Part shown: positions 53,922 through 64,000 of the stretch, in pieces
Numbering within the stretch: the stretch's first letter is position 1
Layout: each line of letters begins with the position of its first letter
Source of the DNA: Spirochaetia bacterium
GTDB lineage: Bacteria > Spirochaetota > Spirochaetia > SZUA-6 > Bin103
Direction of reading: 5' to 3'
Length of the DNA: 64,000 nucleotides
Assembly: GCA_965203055.1 (NCBI GenBank)
Contig: OZ241863.1
Span: 256,001 to 320,000, forward strand
Position numbers and translations under genes: made by a program
The notes under the pieces: generated by a model
Told to the model about the DNA's origin: nothing
What the model saw: the letters and a program-made list of their open reading frames with translations, nothing else
The model's database searches: none

Positions 53922-53924
53922 CCT

Positions 53925-55040
53925 TCAGGCCGGCGGCACCTCCACGCCGCGCAGGTCCAGGTCGGCGGCGAAGTGGCAGGCGACCCACTGCCGGTCGCCG
54001 GCTTGGGTGAGTTCGGGCGTCTCGGTGCTGCAGCGCCGGCGGCGGCCCGGCTCCGCGGCGTAGGGGCAGCGGGTATGGAACCGGCAGCCGGCGGGCGGGT
54101 GGGCCGGCGACGGCACCCCGCCCTCCAGGATGATGCGCTTGCGCTGCACGTCGGGGTCCGGCACCTGCACCGCCGACAACAACGCCTCGGTATAGGGGTG
54201 TTGCGGGGCGCGGTACATCTCCTCGCTAGGCGCCAGTTCCACCAGCCGGCCCAGGTACATCACCGCCACCCAGTCGCTGATGTGCTCCACCACCGACAGA
54301 TCGTGAGCGATGAACACGTAAGTCAGACCCAGCTCCCCTTGCAGGTCTTCGAGCAGGTTGAGCACCTGCCCCTGGATCGACACGTCCAGCGCCGATACCG
54401 GTTCATCGGCGATCACCAGCTTCGGCTGCAGGGCCAGGGCGCGCGCGATGCCGATGCGCTGCCGCTGCCCTGCCGAGAACTGATGCGGGTAGCGGCCGCG
54501 CTGCTCGGAGCGCAGCCCCACCTGCCCCAGCAGGGTGACGACGCGCTCCTCCAGTTCGGCGCGCGATCCGCCGGTGGCGTGGATCAGAAACGGCTCGCTC
54601 AGGATCTGCTGCACCGTCATACGCGGGTTGAGCGACGAGTTGGGATCCTGGAAGATCATCTGCACCTCGCGGCGCACCCGCTTCAGCCGCTCCCGGTCCA
54701 GCGCCGCCAGATCCACCACCGCGCCGGACGCCGCGCGCGGGCTGCTGCCGCCGGCGGCTTCCTCCCTGGCCTCCAGGCGCGCGCTGCGAAACAGCACCTG
54801 GCCGGCGGTGGGCTCCTCCAGCCGCAGGATGGTGCGCCCCACGGTGGTCTTGCCGCAGCCGCTCTCCCCCACCAGCCCGAGCGTCTCCCCCTCGCGCACG
54901 ACGAAGGAGACGTCATCGACCGCCTTCACCTCGCCCACCTTGCGCCGCAGGATGCCGCCCTCCACCGGGAAGTATTTCTTGAGGCGCTTGACTTCGAGCA
55001 GCGGGGAGGCCGAGGGCATCACCGGGGCGGCGGAGGGCAT
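53925..55040 (-). CDS. oppF: oligopeptide ABC transporter ATP-binding protein (OppF-like)
   Basis: [29 protein letters not shown]. Confidence 0.9.
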   Translation of the reverse strand: MPSAAPVMPSASPLLEVKRLKKYFPVEGGILRRKVGEVKAVDDVSFVVREGETLGLVGESGCGKTTVGRTILRLEEPTAGQVLFRSARLEAREEAAGGSSPRAASGAVVDLAALDRERLKRVRREVQMIFQDPNSSLNPRMTVQQILSEPFLIHATGGSRAELEERVVTLLGQVGLRSEQRGRYPHQFSAGQRQRIGIARALALQPKLVIADEPVSALDVSIQGQVLNLLEDLQGELGLTYVFIAHDLSVVEHISDWVAVMYLGRLVELAPSEEMYRAPQHPYTEALLSAVQVPDPDVQRKRIILEGGVPSPAHPPAGCRFHTRCPYAAEPGRRRRCSTETPELTQAGDRQWVACHFAADLDLRGVEVPPA

Positions 55041-56126
55041 TTACCGGTCCGCCGGGGCGCTCAACCAGCAGCGCGACAGATGGTTCGCCGCCGGCGCGAA
55101 CAGCGGCGGCTCGCCGGCGCACCGGTCGAAGCGCTGCGGGCAGCGGTCGGCGAAGCGGCAGCCGGGCGGCGTGGCGCGCGGATCGGGCACCAATCCGGCG
55201 ATCGGCTGCAGGCGGCGCCGCACCTGCGCCCCAAGGACGGGAATGGAACGCAGCAGCCCCTGGGTATAGGGGTGCCGCGTCTGCTTGAACACCGGGCGCG
55301 TCGAGCCGTACTCCACCACCCGCCCCAGATACATCACCGCCACCTCGTCGGCCATCCCCACGACCACGCCCAGATCGTGAGTGATCATGACGATGGCGAT
55401 GCCGAACTGACCCTGCAGGCGCTGCATCAGCTCCAGGATCTGCGCCTGGATGGTGACGTCCAGGGCCGTGGTCGGCTCGTCCGCGATCAACAGCGACGGG
55501 TTGCACGACAGCGCCATGGCGATCATCGCCCGCTGGCGCATACCGCCCGAAAGCTGATGCGGATATTCCCCGGCGCGCCGCTCGGGGTCGGCGATGCCCA
55601 CTTGGCGCAGCATCTCCACCGCGCGCGCGTGCGCCTCCGCCGGCGGCCGCTCCTGGTGGAGCTGGATTGCCTCCGTGATCTGATTGCCGATGGTATAGAC
55701 CGGATTGAGGCTGGTCATCGGCTCCTGGAAGATCATCGCAATCTCGCCGCCGCGGATGCGCCGATAGTCGCGGCTGCGCGGGTCCAACCGGGCGAGGTCC
55801 ACTTCGGCGCCGTCCTTGCGGCGAAACAGCAGCCGCCCGCTGAGGGCGGTGGTCGCGGCCGGCACCAGTCCCATGATGCTCAGCGCGGTCACGGTCTTGC
55901 CGCAGCCGCTCTCGCCCACCAAGCCCAGGGTGCGGTTGCGGCCAATCGCAAAGTCGACCCCATCCACCGCGCGCACTACCCCGCGGTCAGTGTGGAACCA
56001 AGCCTTGAGTTCGCGTACTTCCAGCAGCGGCGGCTGCCGGTCCGGCGGCGCCGCGCCGCCGGCAGGGGTGGGTTGGGGGTCTCCGGCCAGGGCCGCGCGG
56101 CCTTGGCCGGCGTCCGGAACCGTCAT
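55041..56126 (-). CDS. oppD: oligopeptide ABC transporter ATP-binding protein (OppD-like)
   Basis: [30 protein letters not shown]. Confidence 0.9.
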   Translation of the reverse strand: MTVPDAGQGRAALAGDPQPTPAGGAAPPDRQPPLLEVRELKAWFHTDRGVVRAVDGVDFAIGRNRTLGLVGESGCGKTVTALSIMGLVPAATTALSGRLLFRRKDGAEVDLARLDPRSRDYRRIRGGEIAMIFQEPMTSLNPVYTIGNQITEAIQLHQERPPAEAHARAVEMLRQVGIADPERRAGEYPHQLSGGMRQRAMIAMALSCNPSLLIADEPTTALDVTIQAQILELMQRLQGQFGIAIVMITHDLGVVVGMADEVAVMYLGRVVEYGSTRPVFKQTRHPYTQGLLRSIPVLGAQVRRRLQPIAGLVPDPRATPPGCRFADRCPQRFDRCAGEPPLFAPAANHLSRCWLSAPADR

Positions 56127-56130
56127 GAAG

Positions 56131-56203
56131 CTCCCCCGGACAGACTCGAACTGCCGACACGGTGGTTAACAGCCACCCGCTCTACCAACTGAGCTACAGG
56201 GGA
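56131..56203 (-). tRNA. tRNA-Asn(GTT), CCA not encoded
   Basis: The reverse complement TCCCCTGTAGCTCAGTTGGTAGAGCGGGTGGCTGTTAACCACCGTGTCGGCAGTTCGAGTCTGTCCGGGGGAG folds as a cloverleaf with a GTT anticodon. Confidence 0.95.
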
Positions 56204-56357
56204 ATGATGGCGGCGCATCCGCCACGGTCCTCTATGAATATCAAAGGGGCGGCACGCAAGTCAACCATCAACGCTCGGCTCGGCCAACTCGGCCAGGTGT
56301 TCGGGGAATACGCCCTCGGGGGGAGCACGCATGCCGGGTCACCGGATCGTAGCGCTG

Positions 56358-56663
56358 TCAGCTCCCCCTGGTTCCGTAGTAGAAGCCCGTGGCAGCCGAT
56401 ACGAGCGCCACGAGCGGGCCAAGGATTACGCCGAACTCCTTGATCTCGTCGACGGCGATGATTCTCGATACCACCATCCCTAGCAGTACCAATACCACGA
56501 ATGCCAACAACCCGATGAGCGCATACGCAATTCTCCGACGAGCTTGGTCTTCCCGCGGCCGCGGATCATATATCGCTCCACCCCGCGGGTCCGGAAAATC
56601 AGGTATCGGCTCCGGCGCCTGGTCCGCATCCGACTCGTCAGGAGGACTCTCTTGTTCGCTCAT
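56358..56663 (-). CDS. small two-TM membrane protein
   Basis: Acidic N-terminus, RRRIAYALIGLLAFVV..., LGPLVALVSAATGFYYG. Confidence 0.7.
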   Translation of the reverse strand: MSEQESPPDESDADQAPEPIPDFPDPRGGAIYDPRPREDQARRRIAYALIGLLAFVVLVLLGMVVSRIIAVDEIKEFGVILGPLVALVSAATGFYYGTRGS

Positions 56664-56671
56664 GGCGGCGG

Positions 56672-56896
56672 CTATTCTCGGATCACTTCTCTGAGCGGCC
56701 TTCCCGGTGCGGCAAAGAAGAACTTCCGCCTCTTCCTTTGCTGATTCACGAAGAATCTCTCCAGGATGATCGAGCGCCGCAACAAGTCATTGAAGGAGAT
56801 CCCTTCGATGCGCGCCTGGGTCTCGAGAAACTCCTTTTCCTCCGCCTTCAGAAAGACGGTGACCCGTTGCACCGCGCTCTTCCCGGCTTCCGCCAT
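56672..56896 (-). CDS. ribbon-helix-helix (CopG-like) protein
   Basis: RVTVFL beta strand followed by helices LETQARIEGISFNDLLRRSI; AAGGAG RBS. Confidence 0.6.
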   Translation of the reverse strand: MAEAGKSAVQRVTVFLKAEEKEFLETQARIEGISFNDLLRRSIILERFFVNQQRKRRKFFFAAPGRPLREVIRE

Positions 56897-57013
56897 GGCA
56901 CTCTCCTTGGTAGTCTATGCACCACCCCTTCCTTGGTGACGGCGGGCGGTGGTTCGTGCATCGCGCTTACGGTATCGCAGAGCCGGTGACGAGGCAAGGT
57001 CCGGCTTGGCGGA

Positions 57014-58536
57014 GGGCGCACTTCCAAAACGTAGGTAGCGTCAGGCGGCCTGTGGCTGGGCCTCCTGCGGCACCGAGGCGGACAGCAGGCTCGCGTAGTC
57101 CCTTTTGAACCGCCCGCTCTTCACCGAGGTGCAGAGCTGCAGCATCCCCTGCGCCCCTCCCAACGACCAGATCATCCCGCTCCCCTTCAGCCGCGCCCCC
57201 ACCATGTTCTTGCACGTACTCTCCACCGCCCCACTGCCGATCGGCAGCCCCTCCCGCCGGTACCGCCGGTAGTCCATCCGTCCCTGGTTGCTCTTCAAGT
57301 AGTTGATCTCCCCCTGCACCTCGTGCCGCTGCCGGGCACTCAACCCCCCGCCGTCGCGCAACTCCTCCAGCTCCTCTATCACTTCCCCCGCCCGACTGCC
57401 GCGCAGCATCGTCCGCCACCTCCGAAAGCATTCCTCTGCCTGCTTGCTCCTCTCCCCGTAGACGCTCCGACTCGCCTCCGCGAGATGCTCGCAGGCGTGC
57501 CAGAAATCCAGGATGTACCACACCCGCAGCCCCCCTGCCGCCCAGGTCTCCGCCCGATCCCAAATCCATCCCGCCCCGTCGGCCAGCACTACCAGTTGCC
57601 GCGCCGCCCCCTCGCCGCAGCGCCGTTTCAGCTCCACTTCGATGCGCGGGAAGAACTGGTCGGCATGCTCGCTCGCCGCCACGTAGCTCGGCTTGCTGCT
57701 GCACTGCGCCTCCTGCTCCTCAGCGTCCCACTCCACCGCCGCCACCACCGCCACCTTGGCGTCCCGGTACTCCCGCTCGTAGCGCTTCTTCCCGGCATCA
57801 TCTACCCGCTCCTTGCCGCGCACCGGCACCTTCCCCGCGTCGATGCATACCGCCACCGTCCCGCCAATCGGCTCGTGCAGCTCCGGCCCCGCCGCAGTCT
57901 GCTGGTAGTTGTCCACCTCCTGCTGGCGCTGCCGTTCCAACCCCTCCGTTACCTCCTGCACCATCGTGAACGCCTTCTTCTCCGACACCAGCTCCCCGCC
58001 GTCGGCGCGGAACACCTCGTGAAACTGCCGCAGACTCTCTGCGTGCGCCTGGCGCGCTACGAACTGACTCAGAAAGTACTGGCAGCCCGGCGTATGGCCG
58101 CGCTTGATGCCGAGCCGCTCATCCAACGGCGCCCAGCCCTGGCCGCTACCGCTGGCGTAGTAGGCCCGTTCGTAGGGTACCGTCCCGAACAGTCCGTGCA
58201 GGGTCTTGGAGCGGTGGCCGACAAACCGATACGACACCCCGTTGCGCTGGACCGTGGCGCCGCGGTAATCGCGGCCCAGTTCCTTGAACCACTCCACCAT
58301 GGCGGCGCGGCACAGGCGCACCAAGCACTTGAGGAGACTCAGTTCTGCCCGCAACAGGTCGTGGGGACCGCTAGCGCGGCCCAGTTCGAGACCACAGGTG
58401 GCCTTGCAGTAGTTGAGAATCTCGGTTACCAATGAATCACACATATGTTGCCCTCCCAGTGACGGCCTGATGTTACATCACCTGTCGCTGGGAGGGCTTC
58501 TCTATTTGGGCCTACCTACAAATTGGAAGTGCGCCC
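57014..58536 (-). mobile_element. ISKra4-family-like insertion sequence, copy 2 (1523 bp)
   Basis: Same IRs and length as copy 1; 8-bp TSD TTGGCGGA at 57006-57013 and 58537-58544. Confidence 0.9.
57041..58444 (-). CDS. ISKra4/UPF0236-type DDE transposase
   Basis: 467 aa, near-identical to 17815-19218. Confidence 0.9.
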   Translation of the reverse strand: MCDSLVTEILNYCKATCGLELGRASGPHDLLRAELSLLKCLVRLCRAAMVEWFKELGRDYRGATVQRNGVSYRFVGHRSKTLHGLFGTVPYERAYYASGSGQGWAPLDERLGIKRGHTPGCQYFLSQFVARQAHAESLRQFHEVFRADGGELVSEKKAFTMVQEVTEGLERQRQQEVDNYQQTAAGPELHEPIGGTVAVCIDAGKVPVRGKERVDDAGKKRYEREYRDAKVAVVAAVEWDAEEQEAQCSSKPSYVAASEHADQFFPRIEVELKRRCGEGAARQLVVLADGAGWIWDRAETWAAGGLRVWYILDFWHACEHLAEASRSVYGERSKQAEECFRRWRTMLRGSRAGEVIEELEELRDGGGLSARQRHEVQGEINYLKSNQGRMDYRRYRREGLPIGSGAVESTCKNMVGARLKGSGMIWSLGGAQGMLQLCTSVKSGRFKRDYASLLSASVPQEAQPQAA

Positions 58537-58787
58537 TTGGCGGAGGTGGCGGCGGTTGCGGAGGCGGGCGCATCCTCGCGGTCAGGGATCGGCAGGCAGC
58601 CGGCCGCGGCGCCGCGGCGCACGGGTGCGGGCCGCTCGCCGGGACCGATTTGCAGCCCCGCCGGCGCGGCGCGGGACACGCGCTTGACCGGCGCGCGCAG
58701 AAGGCTTGTCATTGCAGGATCAGCCGCCCGGTATGGCACGCGGCACCGGGGTGCGCGGCGGCGGTCGGCAATCACAGGAGGACGAGA

Positions 58788-60707
58788 ATGCGACGAACAG
58801 CATTGACCTCGATCCTGGCGCTGCTCCTGCTGCCGGTCCTGGCAAGCGTCGGCTTTGCCGGCGCGGCCGGCGAGGAGTCGTCGTCAGCGGCGGCCGCCAC
58901 CGCGGCCGCGGACATGAGCGGGTACGCGGAGGCGCCGATGCTCGCCGCCCTGGTGGCGAGCGGCGCGCTGCCGCCGGTCGAGGAGCGGCTGCCGGACGAG
59001 CCCCTGGTGCAGGAAGTAGTGGACCGCATCGGCACCTACGGCGGCACCTTTCGCGGCTTTCAGCTCGGCGACGCCGACAAGTGGGTACTCTACAAGACCG
59101 GCCTGTACGGCGGCCTGCTGTCGCGCAGCTACCGCGACCTGGGCACCATCACCGCCAACGGCCTGGAAGGATGGGGCGAGGGCATCGCCAAGTCCTGGGA
59201 GTGGGACGACGACGCGGCCGGCATCACGGTGGTGCTGCGCGCCGGGGTCAAGTGGTCGGACGGCGCGCCGCTGACGGTCGACGACATCATGTTCATGTGG
59301 CACGACGTGCAGATGAACGAGGGCTTCCAGCCCACCGTTCCGAGCCGCTACACGGTGAACGGCGAGCCGATGGAGGTGATCAAGATCGACGACCACACGA
59401 TCCGCTTCGAGTTCGCCGGCCCCAATCCGTGGTTCCTCAACGTGCTTTACGGCGCCACGCGCTCCGAGTACGGCCAACTGCTGGCGCCGGCGCACTACTT
59501 CAAGCAGTTCCACCCCGACTTCACCGACGGCAGGACCTGGGAGGACTTCCAGCAGGAATACGGCCCGGTCAACGTCAACATCCCCACCCACACCGCCTAC
59601 CGGCTGACCAAGTACAACCCGGCCGAAGAAGCGGTCATGGAGCGCAACCCCTACTACTGGAAGGTGGACCCGGCGGGCAACCAGTTGCCCTACATCGACC
59701 GCATGCGGTTCCAGATGCTGGCCGACCAGGAAGCCGCCATCCTCAAGGGCATCGCCGGCGAAGTGGACCTGGCGGAGCGCAACTTCCAGGTGCTGGAAAA
59801 CCTGCCGATGCTCAAGGCGAGCGAGGCCGACGGCAACTATGAGGTGCGCGTCGGCATTGGCGACAACTTCACCACCGGCAACGAGGTGTGGTTCAACTAC
59901 GACCTGCAGGACGAGGACTACGCCGAGCTGCGCGAGCTGCTGCGCACGCCGGCGTTCCGCAACGCCCTGAGCGCGGCCCTGAACCGCGAGGCGATCAACG
60001 ACCTGCTGTTCCTTGGGCTGGCGAAGGAGGCGAACCTCGGCCTGAGCACCGCTTCCCCCTACTGGGACGGCGAGATGGCCACGATCGCCCAGATCAACGC
60101 CGAATACGACCCCGCCAAGGCGCGCCGCCTGCTGGACGAGCTGGGGCTGAAGGACCTGAACGGCGACGGCATGCTGCAGTACCCGGACGGCCGCAACGTC
60201 ACCTTCCTGCTGGGGGCGGCGTCGGAGATCAACGCGCACGTCAACTTCGCCGAGATGGTGGTCGCCGACTGGAAGGCGGTGGGCATCGACGCGCGGCTGC
60301 ACCTGCAGACCCGCAGCCTGATGTTCAGCGGCATCCGGGCGCTCCAGTTCCACGCCGTGACGTTCGGCACCACCGACCTGCTGTTCCCGCAGTTCCGCCT
60401 CAACGAGGGTCCGATCATGCCCGGCTACCAGAGCCCGAGCTTCGTGCAGGACCCGCCGCCGGACCTGCAGCGCATCTGGGACCTCACCGACGAGATCATC
60501 ACCACGGTGGACGCCGGCACGGTGCTCGAGCTGATGAAGGAGCATCAGCGCCTGCGCGCCGAAAACAACCTCGGCATCTGGGGCGCGCACGACGTGCCGC
60601 TCATGGTGATCGTGCACAACCGGCTGCAGAACGTGCCGGAGGATATCGTCATCGACAACGCCGACCACATCCCGCTGCTGCCGGATCAGTGGTTCATCCA
60701 GGAGTAA
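58788..60707 (+). CDS. ABC transporter substrate-binding protein, family 5
   Basis: AGGAGG RBS; signal peptide; EAPML..LPPVEERLP, KWSDGAPLT, ERNPYYWKVDPAGNQLPYID. Confidence 0.9.
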   Translation: MRRTALTSILALLLLPVLASVGFAGAAGEESSSAAAATAAADMSGYAEAPMLAALVASGALPPVEERLPDEPLVQEVVDRIGTYGGTFRGFQLGDADKWVLYKTGLYGGLLSRSYRDLGTITANGLEGWGEGIAKSWEWDDDAAGITVVLRAGVKWSDGAPLTVDDIMFMWHDVQMNEGFQPTVPSRYTVNGEPMEVIKIDDHTIRFEFAGPNPWFLNVLYGATRSEYGQLLAPAHYFKQFHPDFTDGRTWEDFQQEYGPVNVNIPTHTAYRLTKYNPAEEAVMERNPYYWKVDPAGNQLPYIDRMRFQMLADQEAAILKGIAGEVDLAERNFQVLENLPMLKASEADGNYEVRVGIGDNFTTGNEVWFNYDLQDEDYAELRELLRTPAFRNALSAALNREAINDLLFLGLAKEANLGLSTASPYWDGEMATIAQINAEYDPAKARRLLDELGLKDLNGDGMLQYPDGRNVTFLLGAASEINAHVNFAEMVVADWKAVGIDARLHLQTRSLMFSGIRALQFHAVTFGTTDLLFPQFRLNEGPIMPGYQSPSFVQDPPPDLQRIWDLTDEIITTVDAGTVLELMKEHQRLRAENNLGIWGAHDVPLMVIVHNRLQNVPEDIVIDNADHIPLLPDQWFIQE

Positions 60708-60729
60708 TCCGGGACTAGCCGCACTCTGA

Positions 60730-60775
60730 CGGGCCGGCGGGCGCGCCGCAACCAAAGCGCGCCCCCGCCGGCCCG
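60730..60775 (+). other. intercistronic GC-rich stem-loop after the substrate-binding gene
   Basis: CGGGCCGGCGGGCGCGC...GCGCGCCCCCGCCGGCCCG with no U-tract; likely an mRNA stabiliser. Confidence 0.45.
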
Positions 60776-60797
60776 CCGCGGCCCCAAGCCAGCGCGC

Positions 60798-61793
60798 ATG
60801 ACGGCATACTTGATCCGCCGGGTGATCAACTTCATCCCCACGTTCGTGTTGATGAGCTTCGTGGTGTTTCTGATCCTCGAGATCGCCCCGGGAGATCCCC
60901 TTACCCGCTACGAACAGGCGCTGATGGTCACCTACAACTACTCGCTGGAGGCGGCCGAGGCGCGCACCGATCAACTGCGCTCGCTGTACGGGCTGGACCG
61001 CGGCTTCGTGTTGCGCTTCGTCACCTGGCTGCTGAACTTCCTGCGCGGGGAGTTCGGCGTGTCGTTCAACAACTTCCGCCCGGTATCCGATCTGATCGGG
61101 CCGCGGCTGCTCTACTCGATCGTCATTTCTTCCTCCGCGCTGCTGTTCATGTATCTCGTGGGCGTGCCGCTCGGGCTGTGGACCGCCTACCGCCAGTACG
61201 GCGTTTCCGACTACGCGGTCAGCGTGGCGGCCTTCATCGGCCTGTCGATTCCCAACTTCTTCCTGGCGCTGCTGGTGCTGGTGGGATTGCTGTTCTTCTT
61301 CGACATTGCGCCGCCGCAGGGGCTGTTCTCACCCGAATACGTGGATGCGCCGTGGAGCCTCGGCAAGCTGCTGGACGCGGCGCGCGGGCTGGTGCTGCCG
61401 GTGCTGGTGATCGGCACCGAGGGGCTGGCCAAGATCGTGCGCATTACCCGCGCCAACATGCTCGACGGGCTGCAGGACGAGTACGTGCGCACGGCGCGGG
61501 CCAAGGGGCTGGCGGAACCGGCGGTGGTGCTCAAACACGCCTTCCGGGTGGCGGTGAACCCGCTCATCAGCCTGTTCGGGATGCAGTTTCCGCTGATCCT
61601 GTCGGGCGAGGTGGTGGGCTCCATCGTGCTCGGGCTGCCTACCCTGGGGCCGCTGCTGCTGGAATCGCTGCGCAGCCTGGACCTGTACGTCAGCACCACC
61701 ATTCTGATGGTGCTCGGCCTGCTGCTGCTGTTCGGCAACCTGCTGGCGGACGTGCTGCTGGCGCTGGCCGACCCGCGCATCAGGTTCGACTGA
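60798..61793 (+). CDS. oppB: peptide ABC transporter permease (OppB-like)
   Basis: YLIRR...APGD, YVRTARAKG, DPRIR. Confidence 0.9.
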   Translation: MTAYLIRRVINFIPTFVLMSFVVFLILEIAPGDPLTRYEQALMVTYNYSLEAAEARTDQLRSLYGLDRGFVLRFVTWLLNFLRGEFGVSFNNFRPVSDLIGPRLLYSIVISSSALLFMYLVGVPLGLWTAYRQYGVSDYAVSVAAFIGLSIPNFFLALLVLVGLLFFFDIAPPQGLFSPEYVDAPWSLGKLLDAARGLVLPVLVIGTEGLAKIVRITRANMLDGLQDEYVRTARAKGLAEPAVVLKHAFRVAVNPLISLFGMQFPLILSGEVVGSIVLGLPTLGPLLLESLRSLDLYVSTTILMVLGLLLLFGNLLADVLLALADPRIRFD

Positions 61794-62926
61794 TGGAGCC
61801 GGCGGTGGACCCGAACGCCGTAACGGAAGCGGGGGCGGCAACGGCCGCGGAAGCGCCGGAGTCGCCGGCGCGCGAAACCTGGCGCCGCTTCATCCGCCAC
61901 CGCCTGGGCGTGGCCGCGCTGGGCGTGGTGCTGTTCCTGTTCGCGGTTTCGTTTCTGGGCCGCTTCCTGGTGGCCGCGGATCCCTTCGTGCAGCACCGCG
62001 ACGCTCCCTACTGGCCGCCGCAGCGGGTCCGCGTCATCGACGCCGAGGGCCGGCTGACGCGGCCGTTCGTGTACGGCTTCGACCGGCGGCTGAACCCGGA
62101 GACCTTTCAGTGGGAGTACGCCGTCGATCGGGCGCAGGTGACCACGCTGGCGTTGTTCGCGCGCGGGCCGGTCTACCGCGTGCTGGGGCTGGTCGACTGG
62201 GACGTGCATCTGATCGGCACGGTGGACGGCTCGCCGGTGTTCTTTCTGGGCAGCGACCGCTTCGGCCGCGACCTGCTGGCGCGGCTGCTGTGGGGCGGCA
62301 TGGTGTCGCTGTCGGTGCCGGTGCTGGCGGTGGCGATCACGGTGCTGCTGGGGACGCTGATCGGCGCCGTGTCCGGCTACTTCGGCGGCTGGGTGGACAA
62401 CCTGATCCAGCGCCTCATCGAGGTGTTGGCGTCGTTTCCGCGGCTGCCGCTGTGGATGGCGCTGGCGGCGGTGATTCCCCCGGAGTTCCAGGGGGTGGCG
62501 TTGTACGCCGGCATGGCGGTGATCCTGGCGCTGATCGGCTGGGGGCGGCTGGCGCGTCAGGTGCGCGGCAAGGTGCTGCAACTGCGGCAGATGGAGTACG
62601 TGGTGGGGGCGCGGGCGCTGGGCGCTTCGGCGGGGCGGGTCATCACCCGCTACGTGATTCCCAACGCCTCCAGCCACATCATCGTGATGGCGACCCTCTA
62701 CGTGCCCGAGTATCTGCTGGTGGAGAGCAGCCTGAGCTTTCTCGGCATCGGTCTGACGCCGCCGTTGACCAGTTGGGGCGTGCTGCTCAGCGACGCCCAG
62801 AAGGTCCGCGTGGTGCTGCAGTATCCGTGGCTGCTGCTGCCGGGGCTGTTCATCTGCGTGGCCATGCTGGCCTTCAACTTCGTCGGCGACGCGGTGCGCG
62901 ACGCCTTCGAAACCCGCCGCCTGTAG
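61793..62926 (+). CDS. oppC: peptide ABC transporter permease (OppC-like)
   Basis: LGSDRFGRDLLAR, ESSLSFLG, FVGDAVRDA. Confidence 0.9.
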   Translation: MEPAVDPNAVTEAGAATAAEAPESPARETWRRFIRHRLGVAALGVVLFLFAVSFLGRFLVAADPFVQHRDAPYWPPQRVRVIDAEGRLTRPFVYGFDRRLNPETFQWEYAVDRAQVTTLALFARGPVYRVLGLVDWDVHLIGTVDGSPVFFLGSDRFGRDLLARLLWGGMVSLSVPVLAVAITVLLGTLIGAVSGYFGGWVDNLIQRLIEVLASFPRLPLWMALAAVIPPEFQGVALYAGMAVILALIGWGRLARQVRGKVLQLRQMEYVVGARALGASAGRVITRYVIPNASSHIIVMATLYVPEYLLVESSLSFLGIGLTPPLTSWGVLLSDAQKVRVVLQYPWLLLPGLFICVAMLAFNFVGDAVRDAFETRRL

Positions 62927-62965
62927 GCGCGCCGGCCGGCCGCCCCGCGCCGGCGGCGGCTCACT

Positions 62966-63853
62966 CTACTTGATCGACACGTTGTCCAGTCCGCCCTCGC
63001 CCATGCGGCGGAAGTAGCGCTGGAAGGTGAGGAACAGGAGGATCGGGGCGATGATGAAGATCACCGACACCGCCATCATCAGATGATGCTCCGGGGCCTG
63101 CTCCGACGCTTCGCTGAGCAGCGCCAGGCCGACGCTCACGGTGCGCATGTCCTTGCTGTTGATGAACAGCACCGGCCGGATCAGGTCCTCCCAGTTGGCC
63201 AGGAAGATGTAGATGCCCACCGTGGTGAGCGCCGGGCGCGACAGCGGCAGCAGCAGGTGCCAGTAGATCTGGAAGAAGTTGCAGGCGTCGATCTTGGCCG
63301 AGTCGTCCAGTTCGCGCGGGATGGTCATGTAGTACTGGCGCATCAGAAACACGAAGAAGCCGGGCACGGCGAGAAAGAACGGCACCGTGAGCACGGCGTA
63401 GGTGTCGATCCAGCCGAGCCAGCGGAACAGCACGAAGCTGGGGATCATGTACGCCGCGAACGGCAGCATCATGGTGCCGAGCACCACGGCGAAGATCAGG
63501 TTGCGGCCGGGAAACTCCAGCCGCGCCAGGGCAAACGCCGTCCACGACGCCACGATGCCGCCGGCGATGACGTTGATGCCGGTCACCAGGATGGTGTTGA
63601 AGAAGTAGCGCCCGAACTGGAAGGTGGTGAGCCCCACCAAGTAGTTCTGCCACTGCGCCTCGCGCGGCAGCCAGGCGAAGTTGTACACCTCGTTCTGGGT
63701 CTTGAGGCTGGCCGAAACCATCCAGAACAGCGGCACCAGCACCGCCGCCACGATGCCGATCACCACCAGGTAGGTGGCGACCTGCCCCGCCGCGTGGCGC
63801 GCCCGGGCCGCCGACAGCGTGGCCGGATGATGGCGGGCCGGGGCGCCGGCCAT
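62966..63853 (-). CDS. carbohydrate ABC transporter permease (MalG-like)
   Basis: PLFWMVSASLK, IPRELDDSAKIDA EAA loop, FQRYF. Confidence 0.9.
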   Translation of the reverse strand: MAGAPARHHPATLSAARARHAAGQVATYLVVIGIVAAVLVPLFWMVSASLKTQNEVYNFAWLPREAQWQNYLVGLTTFQFGRYFFNTILVTGINVIAGGIVASWTAFALARLEFPGRNLIFAVVLGTMMLPFAAYMIPSFVLFRWLGWIDTYAVLTVPFFLAVPGFFVFLMRQYYMTIPRELDDSAKIDACNFFQIYWHLLLPLSRPALTTVGIYIFLANWEDLIRPVLFINSKDMRTVSVGLALLSEASEQAPEHHLMMAVSVIFIIAPILLFLTFQRYFRRMGEGGLDNVSIK

Positions 63854-64000
63854 CAGCCGGCCGCCCCGCGGTAGAACACCCATGAGCGCGAGCTGCGCAG
63901 CAGCAGGAAGGTCATCAGCGCGATCAGGAAGAACAGCACCACGGTCAGCGCCGAGGCGTAGCCGAACTCGAAGTACTCGAAGGCGGTGCGGTAGACGTTG
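63853..64000 (-). CDS. carbohydrate ABC transporter permease (MalF-like), 3' end only
   Basis: ...YRTAFEYFEFGYASALTVVLFFLI...WVFY...; its stop overlaps the next ATG. Confidence 0.8.
   Translation of the reverse strand, partial: NVYRTAFEYFEFGYASALTVVLFFLIALMTFLLLRSSRSWVFYRGAAG

Noticed and set aside
56131..56203. tRNA-Asn as the integration site of the defence island
   Set aside because: No duplicated tRNA 3' end was noticed, no integrase is present, and ordinary genes separate the tRNA from the island.

Overview
High-GC bacterial chromosomal window. The backbone is transport and catabolism genes: peptide and sugar ABC transporters, a TroABCD-like metal transporter, hydroxyproline-type catabolic enzymes, a xanthine-dehydrogenase-family molybdoenzyme, sulfatase, TauD/BBOX-like dioxygenase, an NfeD/flotillin pair and tRNA-Asn. 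Two accessory regions stand out. (1) About 0.6-3.6 kb: a promoter-linked ~170-nt rod-like structured RNA candidate, a frameshifted PGDYG-like gene, small lipoproteins, and an Rpn/YhgA-like gene with an internal RBS and ATG. (2) About 37.9-52.3 kb: a decaying defence island with ISL3, a broken HigBA-like pair, an internally deleted type IIG-like restriction-modification gene whose 3' end recurs as remnants, an Ig-like lipoprotein split by IS256, and a ~1,220-aa reverse transcriptase-nitrilase fusion (DRT1/UG-class) broken by three frame breaks and an IS21 carrying a passenger gene. Five IS copies have termini and target-site duplications readable directly. Product calls come from motif recognition by eye; no database searches were run.
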